From: an uncultured Acidobacteriota bacterium
GTDB lineage: Bacteria > Acidobacteriota > Polarisedimenticolia > J045
Direction of reading: 5' to 3'
Assembly (NCBI GenBank): GCA_963702425.1
Contig: CAVPCQ010000037.1
Span: forward strand, 320,001 to 384,000
DNA: 64,000 nt
The position numbers were made by a program, and so were the translations under genes. Below, piece by piece: positions 56,744-64,000 of the stretch. Every line of letters starts with the position of its first letter. Positions within the stretch are counted from its first letter, which is position 1. A model generated the notes under the pieces. It had not been told where the DNA came from, made no database searches, and was given only the letters and a program-made list of their open reading frames with translations.

Positions 56744-58021
56744 ATGGAGACCGACATCCGGAACAACCCCGGGCTGCTCAAGCTCGAGCTCTACTGCCGG
56801 GGCGCGCACATCGACGACTCGCTCAAGGTCAAGGACGAGGGCGGACGGCCGATTCTCCGGACCCGCGCCGGGCTCGGCTCGGGGCTCGAGGTCATCCTGC
56901 CCGACAACATCTGGACCAACGTCCCGGTGGTGGAGCCGTTCGTCAGGCACTCGCCGTACGTGGTGCGCCGGCGCGAGGACGGGACAGTCTGGATCGACCG
57001 CGACCGGGAGCCGATCGCCGAGGTCAAGCTTGCGCCGCGCCCCACCTGGTACGACCGGAAGACCACCAGCGGCAAGCCGATGACCGCCGTCGGCACGCTG
57101 CAGGGGACCTATCTCGGGGTCTACCCGGCGAAGGTCTGCGAGTACTGGACGGGCGCCGACCGGACCAACTGCAAGTTCTGCTCGGTCGGGCTCAACCTCG
57201 GGGCCGACGACGCCGACGACAAGAAAGTCGCCGAGGTGGTCGAGGTCGCCGCCGCGGCTCGCGACGAGTCGGACATCACCTACATCGATTTCAATACCGG
57301 GCACTACGAGGGCGAGACCTACCTCGACATCCTCGAGCCGTACATCCGCGCGGTGAAGCAGGCGACCGGCGTGATGATCGGCGTGCAGACGCCGCCGCAC
57401 TCGGACCTCTCGCGCTACGACAGGCTGAAGAAGCTGGGCGTCAACCGCGTCTCGTTCTGCTTCGAGATCTACGACCCCGAGATCTTCGTGGAGACCTGCC
57501 CCGGCAAGGCGGAGCGGTACGGCCTCAAGCGATACCTCGACGCGGTCGAGTACAACGCCAGGCTCGCGAAAAGCGCCGGGCTCTCGTTCGATCCCTGGGT
57601 CAGCAACGGCGAGATCATCGCCGGCATCGAGCCCCCCGCCTCGTCGATCAAGGCGATCCAGTGGATCACCTCGGTCGGTGCGATCCCGACGGTCTGCGTC
57701 TTCCGTCCGCTCTGCGGCACCGACTACGAGAAAGTGCCGCCGCCGCGCACCGAAGAGATGATCCCGGTCTTTGCCGCCCAGTACGAGGCCTGCATGAAGG
57801 CCGGGCTGCCGATCGCGGTCGCCCCCAACGTCAACGTCTCGCTCGTCATGCTGCCGTGGGAGTCGCGCTGGCTGGTCCCGAAGCGCATCCGGCGCCGCTA
57901 CGCGCTGGGCGAGGCCAAGATGGCGGCGATGCGGCGGTTCTTCGGGCGCCACCTCTACGGCCAGTTGCGCCGGCACGACGCGGCGCGCCGCGCCGGCGAG
58001 GGCCAGGCGGCCTCCGCGTAG
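56744..58021 (+). CDS. radical SAM protein (MSMEG_0568-like) with CX10CX2C motif
   Basis: RTRAGLGSG, CEYWTGADRTNCKFC, FCFEIYD...CPGK, EIIAGIE, CVFRPLCGT. Confidence 0.8.
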   Translation: METDIRNNPGLLKLELYCRGAHIDDSLKVKDEGGRPILRTRAGLGSGLEVILPDNIWTNVPVVEPFVRHSPYVVRRREDGTVWIDRDREPIAEVKLAPRPTWYDRKTTSGKPMTAVGTLQGTYLGVYPAKVCEYWTGADRTNCKFCSVGLNLGADDADDKKVAEVVEVAAAARDESDITYIDFNTGHYEGETYLDILEPYIRAVKQATGVMIGVQTPPHSDLSRYDRLKKLGVNRVSFCFEIYDPEIFVETCPGKAERYGLKRYLDAVEYNARLAKSAGLSFDPWVSNGEIIAGIEPPASSIKAIQWITSVGAIPTVCVFRPLCGTDYEKVPPPRTEEMIPVFAAQYEACMKAGLPIAVAPNVNVSLVMLPWESRWLVPKRIRRRYALGEAKMAAMRRFFGRHLYGQLRRHDAARRAGEGQAASA

Positions 58022-58029
58022 CCGGGCCC

Positions 58030-58086
58030 GCCCGGCGTAGCCTTCCGCGCGACGGCGCTGCCGCGCCCCGCGAGGCGAAGCCGGGC
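58030..58086. repeat. intergenic imperfect palindrome between convergent genes (REP-like or bidirectional terminator)
   Basis: GCCCGGCGTAGCCT ... AGGCGAAGCCGGGC arms. Confidence 0.45.
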
Positions 58087-58563
58087 CTAGCAGGGCAGGG
58101 TCGGACCGTCCTCGTCCTTCGGTGGCATCAGGTGGATCACCTGCAGCCGGCAGTTGTTCAAGCGGTGCATCAGCACCCGGGCGACCCGTTCCATGAAGAT
58201 GAACCCGAAGCGCGGGTTGACCTCCAGGTAGCCCAGCAGGCGGTCGCCGTCGATCGCCAGGACCTCCGCCTTCTCCGAGGCCGTCGCCTTCATGTTGTGC
58301 ACGCGCGGCGGGATCAGCGCATTGAGGCCGATCAGCGCGCCCGGCTCCGCCGTGTTGAAGAAGACGTCCGCTCCCGGCGAGACCTCGTAGCCCTGCCGGA
58401 CCCGGCCTTTGAGCACCAGGAAGACCTCGCGCCCCTCGTCCTCGCGGTCGAACACCCGCTGGCCCGGCTCGAAGACGAGCTTGCGGGAAAAGGTGCCGAT
58501 GTCGGCGAGCGCCTGCTCGTCGAAGCCGGCGAAGAAGCTCGTTCTCTTCAGTTCCTCGATCAT
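58087..58563 (-). CDS. stand-alone cyclic nucleotide-binding (Crp-N) domain protein
   Basis: LKRTSFFAGF, FEPGQRVF, VFLVLKGRV, PGALIGLNAL, ATASEKAEVLAIDG; no HTH. Confidence 0.85.
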   Translation of the reverse strand: MIEELKRTSFFAGFDEQALADIGTFSRKLVFEPGQRVFDREDEGREVFLVLKGRVRQGYEVSPGADVFFNTAEPGALIGLNALIPPRVHNMKATASEKAEVLAIDGDRLLGYLEVNPRFGFIFMERVARVLMHRLNNCRLQVIHLMPPKDEDGPTLPC

Positions 58564-58566
58564 CCG

Positions 58567-59061
58567 TCACTCTCCTCCCGGGGCGAGCCCCGAAAGCATG
58601 CGCAGCGTCGCCCGGTGGGCTCCGGCCACCAGGCGGGGAAGGACGCGGGTGAGGGCCGGCGACAGCCCCCGGCCCGCCTCGATCGTGGCCGGGCGGACCG
58701 CCATCACCCAGGCATTCCGCAGCGGCAGGTCCAGCGCGCGGCCGAGCTGGAACACGGTCGCGAGGTCGAATCCGTGCAGGGAGAGCGCTGCCGCCGGCTC
58801 CGGCCAGCCGGGGCGGTCGAGGCGCACGAAGCGGACCGAGCCCGGCTCGCCGTCGAACTGCGCGGCGTCGACGAGCAGCACCTTGCGGCCGGCCTCGAGT
58901 TCCTCGAGCACGACCAGCGGGTCGCCGCCGGCGACGCGCACGCGGGCGCCGGGGGGGAGCGACAACTCGGCCAGCCGCGCGGCAACCGCCTCGCCCACGC
59001 CGTCGTCACCGACCAGCGGATTGCCCGCTCCCACGACCGTCACCGCCGGCTCTGCCGTCAT
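58567..59061 (-). CDS. hydrogenase maturation endopeptidase
   Basis: VVGAGNPLVGDDGVG, LLVDAA, SLHG, GLSP. Confidence 0.9.
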   Translation of the reverse strand: MTAEPAVTVVGAGNPLVGDDGVGEAVAARLAELSLPPGARVRVAGGDPLVVLEELEAGRKVLLVDAAQFDGEPGSVRFVRLDRPGWPEPAAALSLHGFDLATVFQLGRALDLPLRNAWVMAVRPATIEAGRGLSPALTRVLPRLVAGAHRATLRMLSGLAPGGE

Positions 59062-59074
59062 GGCCCGCTCCGCG

Positions 59075-60430
59075 TCAACCGCGCCCGCCGGCCGTGGGGC
59101 TCTCCGGTCCGGCGGCCCCGCCGTCGTGGCCTTGTCCGACGAAGCTGACGTCGAGCAGGTGCACCGCGCACGAGATGCAGGGATCGTACGCTCGCACCAG
59201 CATCTCCATCGCCCGCGTGATCTCGTTCTTTGGCTTCGTCACCAGCGCGGGCACGAAGGCCCGCATGTCGGCCTCGATCGCCGCCAGGTTCTGCCCGGTG
59301 GGGATCACGCAGTTGGCCCGCACGATCCGACCGTCCGACCCGATCTCGTAGTCGTGGATCAGCGTCCCGCGCGGGACCTCGGCCAGCCCCACCCCGACGC
59401 CGCCGCGCGGGCGGGTGACCGGGGCGCGCTCCTCCGGGGACGGGTCGCCGAGCAGGAGTTCCGTCAGCGTGATCGCCTCCTCGAAGGCCTGCACCGACTC
59501 CACGACCTGGGCCGGCGTGTAGTGGAACGGGTTCCGGGTCGCCGGCGACAGCTTCAGCGCCGCCGCGGCCTTCGTGGCCGCGGGCCCGAGCCGCTCGTGC
59601 GCCAGCTGGTACCGCGCCAGCGCCCCGACCCGCACCGCGCCGTTGGCGCCGCGGGTGTGCTTCGCCGCCGAATGCTCCACGATGTGTTCGACGCTCGCCT
59701 CGCGGTAGGCGCCGGGCGCGAAGACGGGGCCCCGGCTGGAGTGGATCGGGCCGCCCATCATCGGGTAGGCGCCGTCCTCCTCGAGTGCGGCCAGGGCCTC
59801 GATCTCCTGCGAGAAGTCCGGCCACTCGATCGGGGCGAACAGCTCGACCGTCGCCTCGACGTCGGCCCGCGCGGCCACCAGGCGCGCGTGGAGCACTTCC
59901 AGCGCGGCCGCGGACGGCCAGTGCCCCATCCCGCCCGGCAGGTAGGAGATCGGCATGACGTGCCGGCCGCTGATCGCGTAGCAGATCTCGTTCGCCAGGC
60001 CCTTCAGCCGCAGCGCGCGGCGCACGATCTCGGGGTGTGTCGTGGCGAGCGGGATCACGGACGGCGCGTGGAACAGGTCCGGAGCGACGAGGAAGTAGGC
60101 GTGGAGCACGTGCGACTGGAGCCACTCGCCGCACATGTTGAGCCGGCGCAGCGCGCGCGTCTTCGGTCCGGGTGCGATGCCGAGCGCCGCCTCGACCGCG
60201 TGGATCGCGGCCGTGGCGTGCCCGACCGAGCAGATCCCGCAGATCCGGCAGGTGATCCGGGGCGCCTCGTCGTGCGGGCGGTCCTTCAGCAGGGCCTCGA
60301 AGAACCGCGGCGACTCGACGATCTGGAGTTCGCAGCGCGTGAGCGTCCCGTCCTTGAGGTCCACGACGATGTTGCCGTGGCCCTCGACGCGCGTCACGTG
60401 ATGGACGGAGATGGAAGTGCTTTTTCCCAT
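59075..60430 (-). CDS. hydA: group 3b NiFe hydrogenase (sulfhydrogenase) large subunit
   Basis: TRVEGHG, ESPRFFE, RICGICSVGH (L1), EVPRGTLIH, IPTGQN, RAYDPCISCAVH (L2) plus a cleavable tail. Confidence 0.93.
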   Translation of the reverse strand: MGKSTSISVHHVTRVEGHGNIVVDLKDGTLTRCELQIVESPRFFEALLKDRPHDEAPRITCRICGICSVGHATAAIHAVEAALGIAPGPKTRALRRLNMCGEWLQSHVLHAYFLVAPDLFHAPSVIPLATTHPEIVRRALRLKGLANEICYAISGRHVMPISYLPGGMGHWPSAAALEVLHARLVAARADVEATVELFAPIEWPDFSQEIEALAALEEDGAYPMMGGPIHSSRGPVFAPGAYREASVEHIVEHSAAKHTRGANGAVRVGALARYQLAHERLGPAATKAAAALKLSPATRNPFHYTPAQVVESVQAFEEAITLTELLLGDPSPEERAPVTRPRGGVGVGLAEVPRGTLIHDYEIGSDGRIVRANCVIPTGQNLAAIEADMRAFVPALVTKPKNEITRAMEMLVRAYDPCISCAVHLLDVSFVGQGHDGGAAGPESPTAGGRG

Positions 60431-61206
60431 GGCTCCCTGAGCTCCCTGTAGTTGTTGAAGAGCTGCAGCTTTTCGGCGGCGACGTAGCGCGGCAGACCGT
60501 GCCGGAAGAAGGCCTCGCCGAGCGCTTCGAAATTGGGGCTGTCGTGGATCCCGCGGCAGGCCTCGCAGGGCGCGCCGAAGGCCGGGCAGATCGCTTCGCA
60601 TCCCGCGCGGGCGACCGAGCCGACGCAGGGGAGACCGCGCTCGAGCATGCACGGCGTGCCGCGCATCGTGCACTGCACGCAGACGGCAAAGGGCGGGACA
60701 TACGGGACCGTTCCCGCCAGCAGCGAGCGCAACGCCTCGAGCAGCTCGTCGCGGTCGATCGGGCAGCCGCGGATCTCGTAGTCGACCTGCACCACGCTCC
60801 GCACCGGGCTGGCCTCGGAGAGGGTCTTGAAGACGCCGTCCTGGCGCCCCCCGTAGATCTCCCGCGCGAGGCTGGCCGGCGAGCACTTGTTGCGGATCGC
60901 GTTCACGCCACCGAGGCAGGCGCAGGCCCCGATCGCGATCAGGATCTTGGCGCGTTTGCGGATCTGCTGGATCTCCTCGATGTCCTCCGGGCGGACCAGC
61001 GAGCCCTCGATGAAGGCGATGTCGTAGTCGTCGCGCCGGTCGTCGATCGCTTCGCGGAAGTTCACGATCTCGATCGCGCCGAGCAGCGTCAGGAGCTGGT
61101 CCTCGATCGAAAGGACCTGGAGCTGGCAGCCCTCACACGAAGCGAAAGAGAAGAAGGCGGCCTTGGGCAGCGCGCGCGGGGCGGGGGTCGGGGTGGGGCT
61201 GGCCAT
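60394..61206 (-). CDS. hydD: group 3b hydrogenase small (delta) subunit
   Basis: FASCEGCQ, FIEGS, IGACACLGG, IRGCP, VCVQC...C...CVG...AGC.AICP...CEACRG. Confidence 0.92.
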   Translation of the reverse strand: MASPTPTPAPRALPKAAFFSFASCEGCQLQVLSIEDQLLTLLGAIEIVNFREAIDDRRDDYDIAFIEGSLVRPEDIEEIQQIRKRAKILIAIGACACLGGVNAIRNKCSPASLAREIYGGRQDGVFKTLSEASPVRSVVQVDYEIRGCPIDRDELLEALRSLLAGTVPYVPPFAVCVQCTMRGTPCMLERGLPCVGSVARAGCEAICPAFGAPCEACRGIHDSPNFEALGEAFFRHGLPRYVAAEKLQLFNNYRELREPWEKALPSPSIT

Positions 61207-62039
61207 CAGACGGCCTCCTTGAGGTGCCGCACCTCGCGGTAGCTGTAGAGCGGCCCCTCCTGGCAGACGTACAGCCCGTTCATCTGGCAGTTACCGCACA
61301 GGCCGATGCCGCACTTCATGCGCCGCTCGAGCGTCATCCAGAGGTGGTTCTCGTAGAGGCCCATCCCGAGCAGCTTGCGCAGGCAGTGGCGGTACATCAC
61401 CGGGGGGCCGCAGATGAACGCGTAGGCGTCCTCGACGTCGGCGTCGAGCTCGTCGAAGAGGGTCGTGATCACGCCGATCCGCCCGGTCCAGGTGTCGCGC
61501 GCAGCGTCGACCGAGACCAGGACCCGCACGTCGTCGCGCCGCGCCGACCAGGAGGCGAGGTCTTCCTTGAACAGGATCTCCTCGGGCGAGCGCGCGCCGA
61601 CCAGGATGTCGATGCGGCGGAACAGCTCGCGGTGCAGCAGCGAGCGCTGCACGAAGGGCCGCAGCGGGGCCAGGCCGAGGCCGCCGGCGATGAGGATCAG
61701 GTTCGAGCCCTCGAACTTCTCCCAGGTCACCCGTCGCCCGAACGGTCCACGGACGTACATCGTGTCGCCCGGTTTCAAGCGCGTGATCAGATTGGTCAGG
61801 CGACCGGCCCGTCGGATGAGCATCTCGAACGTGCCGTCGGCGGCCCCTTCGCCGGGCAGGGCGGCCAGGGAGATCGGCGCCTCGCCGATCCCCGGGATCG
61901 AGATCATCACGAACTGGCCCGGCTCGGGCCGGAACGGCTCGCCGCGCGGGGCCTCGACGACGAAGTGGACCTCGCGCGGCGACTGCTGCATCGCCTCGTA
62001 GATCCGGCAGGGTTCGGGGATCATCCGGTGCTGGGCCAT
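61206..62039 (-). CDS. hydG: group 3b hydrogenase gamma subunit (FAD/NAD(P)-binding, 2Fe-2S)
   Basis: PGQFVM..GIGEAPIS, VRGPFG, AGGLGLAPLR, ICGPPVM, LERRMKCGIGLCGNC...VCQEGP. Confidence 0.92.
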   Translation of the reverse strand: MAQHRMIPEPCRIYEAMQQSPREVHFVVEAPRGEPFRPEPGQFVMISIPGIGEAPISLAALPGEGAADGTFEMLIRRAGRLTNLITRLKPGDTMYVRGPFGRRVTWEKFEGSNLILIAGGLGLAPLRPFVQRSLLHRELFRRIDILVGARSPEEILFKEDLASWSARRDDVRVLVSVDAARDTWTGRIGVITTLFDELDADVEDAYAFICGPPVMYRHCLRKLLGMGLYENHLWMTLERRMKCGIGLCGNCQMNGLYVCQEGPLYSYREVRHLKEAV

Positions 62040-63082
62040 CACGCCGTCCCTCCCACCTGGCGGAAGATCTCCCGGATCGAGATCCGCGTCGGGCAGTGGT
62101 GCGGGCAGCGGCCGCAGCCGGTGCAGCCGACCATCCCGTAGCGCTCGGGCATGTACTTGCCCTTCCTGAAGATCCGGTAGCGGAGTTGCTGGGCCCGGCC
62201 GGGGCGGAAGTCGTGCCCGCCTGCGACGCGCGAGAAACCGGTGACCTGGCAGCCGGACCAGGTCCGCACGCGAACGCCGGTCCGCCCGTCGAGCGGTGCG
62301 GTGTCGGAGACGTCGAAACAGGTGCAGGTCGGGCAGACCAGGTTGCAGCGGCCGCAGGACAGGCAGCGGTCGGCGTTGGCGTCCCAGAGCAGGTCCGATT
62401 CGGCGGCTTCGAGCGCCACCGGCAGCCGGTCCGGCGCGAACTTGAGGTGCTGCGGGAAGGCCTCGAGCCGCACCCGGAGCCGCCGCCGCAGCGTCACCAT
62501 CTCCTCCGCGGTCGCGGCCTCGAGCGGCGTCACCTCCGCCAGCAGGTCCCGCCCACGCGCGGTCAGGACCTTCATCAGCAGCACCTCGCCAATGTCCCAG
62601 GCGTAGAGATCGGCCGGAATCTCGTTGTCGAGGCTGCCCATGTCGCGGCAGAAGGCCTCCCCGAGGCAGGGGACCCAGCAGGCCAGGCCGAGGATGAAGG
62701 CGTGATCCAGCCGGTTCGTGACCAGCCGGTCGCGCGTCCCGGAGTCGTGGAACGCGCGCAGCACGCGCAGTCCGGTCAGGTCGCAGCCGTGCACGCCGAG
62801 CAGCGCGATCGGGCGCTCGGGCGCCGGGGGCTCGAAGGTGATGGCACCGTTGTCGCCGCGCCGGTAGGTGAACAGCACCTCGCGCTGCGGGGCGAGCAGG
62901 GCCCGGAGGGGCAGCATCGTTGTGGGATAATCCAGCGCGATCGGCTCGCCGGGCCGCAACTCCTCCCACGCGAACGTGTTGCCGCGCGGGGCGGGTCCGA
63001 GGACCCGATACTCCCGCGCGAGACGTGTGACGAGCGCGTCGAGGAGTTCGCGGGGAAGCCGGTAGATGTCTCGCTCCGTCAC
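62039..63082 (-). CDS. hydB: group 3b hydrogenase beta subunit (AsrA-like 4Fe-4S)
   Basis: LGVHGCDL, FCRDMG, CLSCGRCNLVCPTCTCF, GCTGCGRCPHHCP; AGGAGG SD. Confidence 0.92.
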   Translation of the reverse strand: MTERDIYRLPRELLDALVTRLAREYRVLGPAPRGNTFAWEELRPGEPIALDYPTTMLPLRALLAPQREVLFTYRRGDNGAITFEPPAPERPIALLGVHGCDLTGLRVLRAFHDSGTRDRLVTNRLDHAFILGLACWVPCLGEAFCRDMGSLDNEIPADLYAWDIGEVLLMKVLTARGRDLLAEVTPLEAATAEEMVTLRRRLRVRLEAFPQHLKFAPDRLPVALEAAESDLLWDANADRCLSCGRCNLVCPTCTCFDVSDTAPLDGRTGVRVRTWSGCQVTGFSRVAGGHDFRPGRAQQLRYRIFRKGKYMPERYGMVGCTGCGRCPHHCPTRISIREIFRQVGGTA

Positions 63083-63204
63083 CTGGGGCTCCTCCTGTTG
63101 GCGGGGAGAGTGGGTGTTCTCGACCGGGCGCCCACGGGACGTGAGCGAACACCGGCCGCGCCGCGGGGCGCGGGACTCGACGGACGGGGGTGACCGAGTC
63201 GATG

Positions 63205-63220
63205 AGCAAACCGCGTGCCC
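63205..63220 (-). promoter_or_regulatory. sigma54 (-24/-12) promoter of the hydrogenase operon
   Basis: Minus strand reads GGGCACGCGGTTTGCT, matching TGGCACG-N4-TTGCW with exact GG-N10-GC spacing, about 120 nt upstream of hydB. Confidence 0.7.
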
Positions 63221-63363
63221 ACGCTCCGGGCTCCGGGACGGGCGCCAACGGGGCGGAAACCGACCGTTCCCGCGGGCCGAAACGCTCCGAGAAGCCGGTT
63301 AGGCGGAACCCGCCGGGTGATTTCCCCCAGCCCGCGGGGGATCGCACGCGTGCCGGGCCGCCC

Positions 63364-64000
63364 GTGCCGCGCCCCTCGTTCACACCCGCCGTGCTGCTGG
63401 TCGTGCCCGATGAAGCGTTTGCCGCGCAGCTGGCCGCCCTGGCGCGGGACGCCGCCCTCGAGCCCGAGATCGCTCCGACGCTCGCCGCGGCGCGCGACGC
63501 CCTCGGCCGCGCGCGCTGGGACATGATGCTGGTCGACCCGGACCTCCCGGACGGCTCGGGCCACGCACTGCTCGAGGAAGTCCGCGCGCTCGCACTGCCC
63601 ACGCTGGTGATGCTGGTCACGCATCGGGCCCGCGTGGACGAGGTCCTGCTCGCGCTCGACGCCGGGGCAGGTGCGATCCTCCCGAGGCGTGCTCCCCTCC
63701 GACAGTTGGGGATCGCGATCCAGCGCGCGGCGTCGCTGGTCCGGGTCGAGGCCTTCCGCCGCCAGATCGAAGCCCGCTACCGGCAGGTCTTCGACCGGGC
63801 GCTCGACGCGGCCTATCTGATCGATCCCGAGGGGGCCGTCGTGGAGGCCAACCTTGCCGCCGCGCGCCTGCCCGGGGTCGCCGCGCCGGCCGCCGGCGAC
63901 GACTTCCTCGCGCTCTGGCCCGAGCCCTCGCGCGGCGCGGTCCGCGACTGGCTCGCGCGCCCGGTTCAGGGTGCGGACGCCGGCGCGCCCGAAGTGCTCG
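63364..64000 (+). CDS. receiver + PAS domain signalling protein (3' partial)
   Basis: VLLVVPDE...WDMMLVDPDLPDGSG...VMLVT...ALDAGA (REC), then EARYRQVFDRALDAAYLIDPEGAVVEAN (PAS). Runs off the window. Confidence 0.8.
   Translation, partial: MPRPSFTPAVLLVVPDEAFAAQLAALARDAALEPEIAPTLAAARDALGRARWDMMLVDPDLPDGSGHALLEEVRALALPTLVMLVTHRARVDEVLLALDAGAGAILPRRAPLRQLGIAIQRAASLVRVEAFRRQIEARYRQVFDRALDAAYLIDPEGAVVEANLAAARLPGVAAPAAGDDFLALWPEPSRGAVRDWLARPVQGADAGAPEVL

Noticed and set aside
59075-59200. Possible NiFeSe (selenocysteine) hydrogenase
   Set aside because: The L2 motif is DPCISC with ordinary Cys codons and no in-frame TGA.

Overview
A 64-kb, very GC-rich bacterial window. The gene content is suggestive of Acidobacteriota, but that is inference only. 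From left to right: (1) spoIID-like gene, miaA, hfq, a convergent pilT-family ATPase, pgsA-like gene, mutS2, an alpha/beta hydrolase and an OPT transporter; (2) a ~5.8-kb accessory block (CsgG/HfaB remnant, DUF2252, DUF2254, membrane proteins, Cys-rich repeat protein) bracketed by GTAG-type REP copies; (3) an envelope operon (SPOR-like protein, TPR-gluzincin, DUF4388/J-domain protein) and a GNAT-like unknown, followed by a CTAG-ended MITE, lepB, a LOG-family gene and a TlpA lipoprotein; (4) a ~24-kb sulfated-glycan locus with Uxs, five GT2s, four GT-C-type membrane glycosyltransferases (one TMTC-like), a Wzx flippase, two sulfotransferases, cysC-cysD-cysNC, an RffA/WbqC/acetyltransferase cassette and a Hal2-type PAP phosphatase; (5) a System I*-type ccmEF-x-ABCD operon whose CcmE has CxxxY and which lacks ccmG/H; (6) a candidate orphan sRNA, then greA, a ubiA-like gene and a radical SAM gene; (7) a group 3b NiFe-hydrogenase operon with a sigma54 -24/-12 promoter and a divergent REC-PAS gene. 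Several genes carry frameshifts that are probably read/assembly indels. I recognised no rRNA, tRNA, CRISPR array or intact transposase. All family calls come from motif recognition by eye, without database searches.
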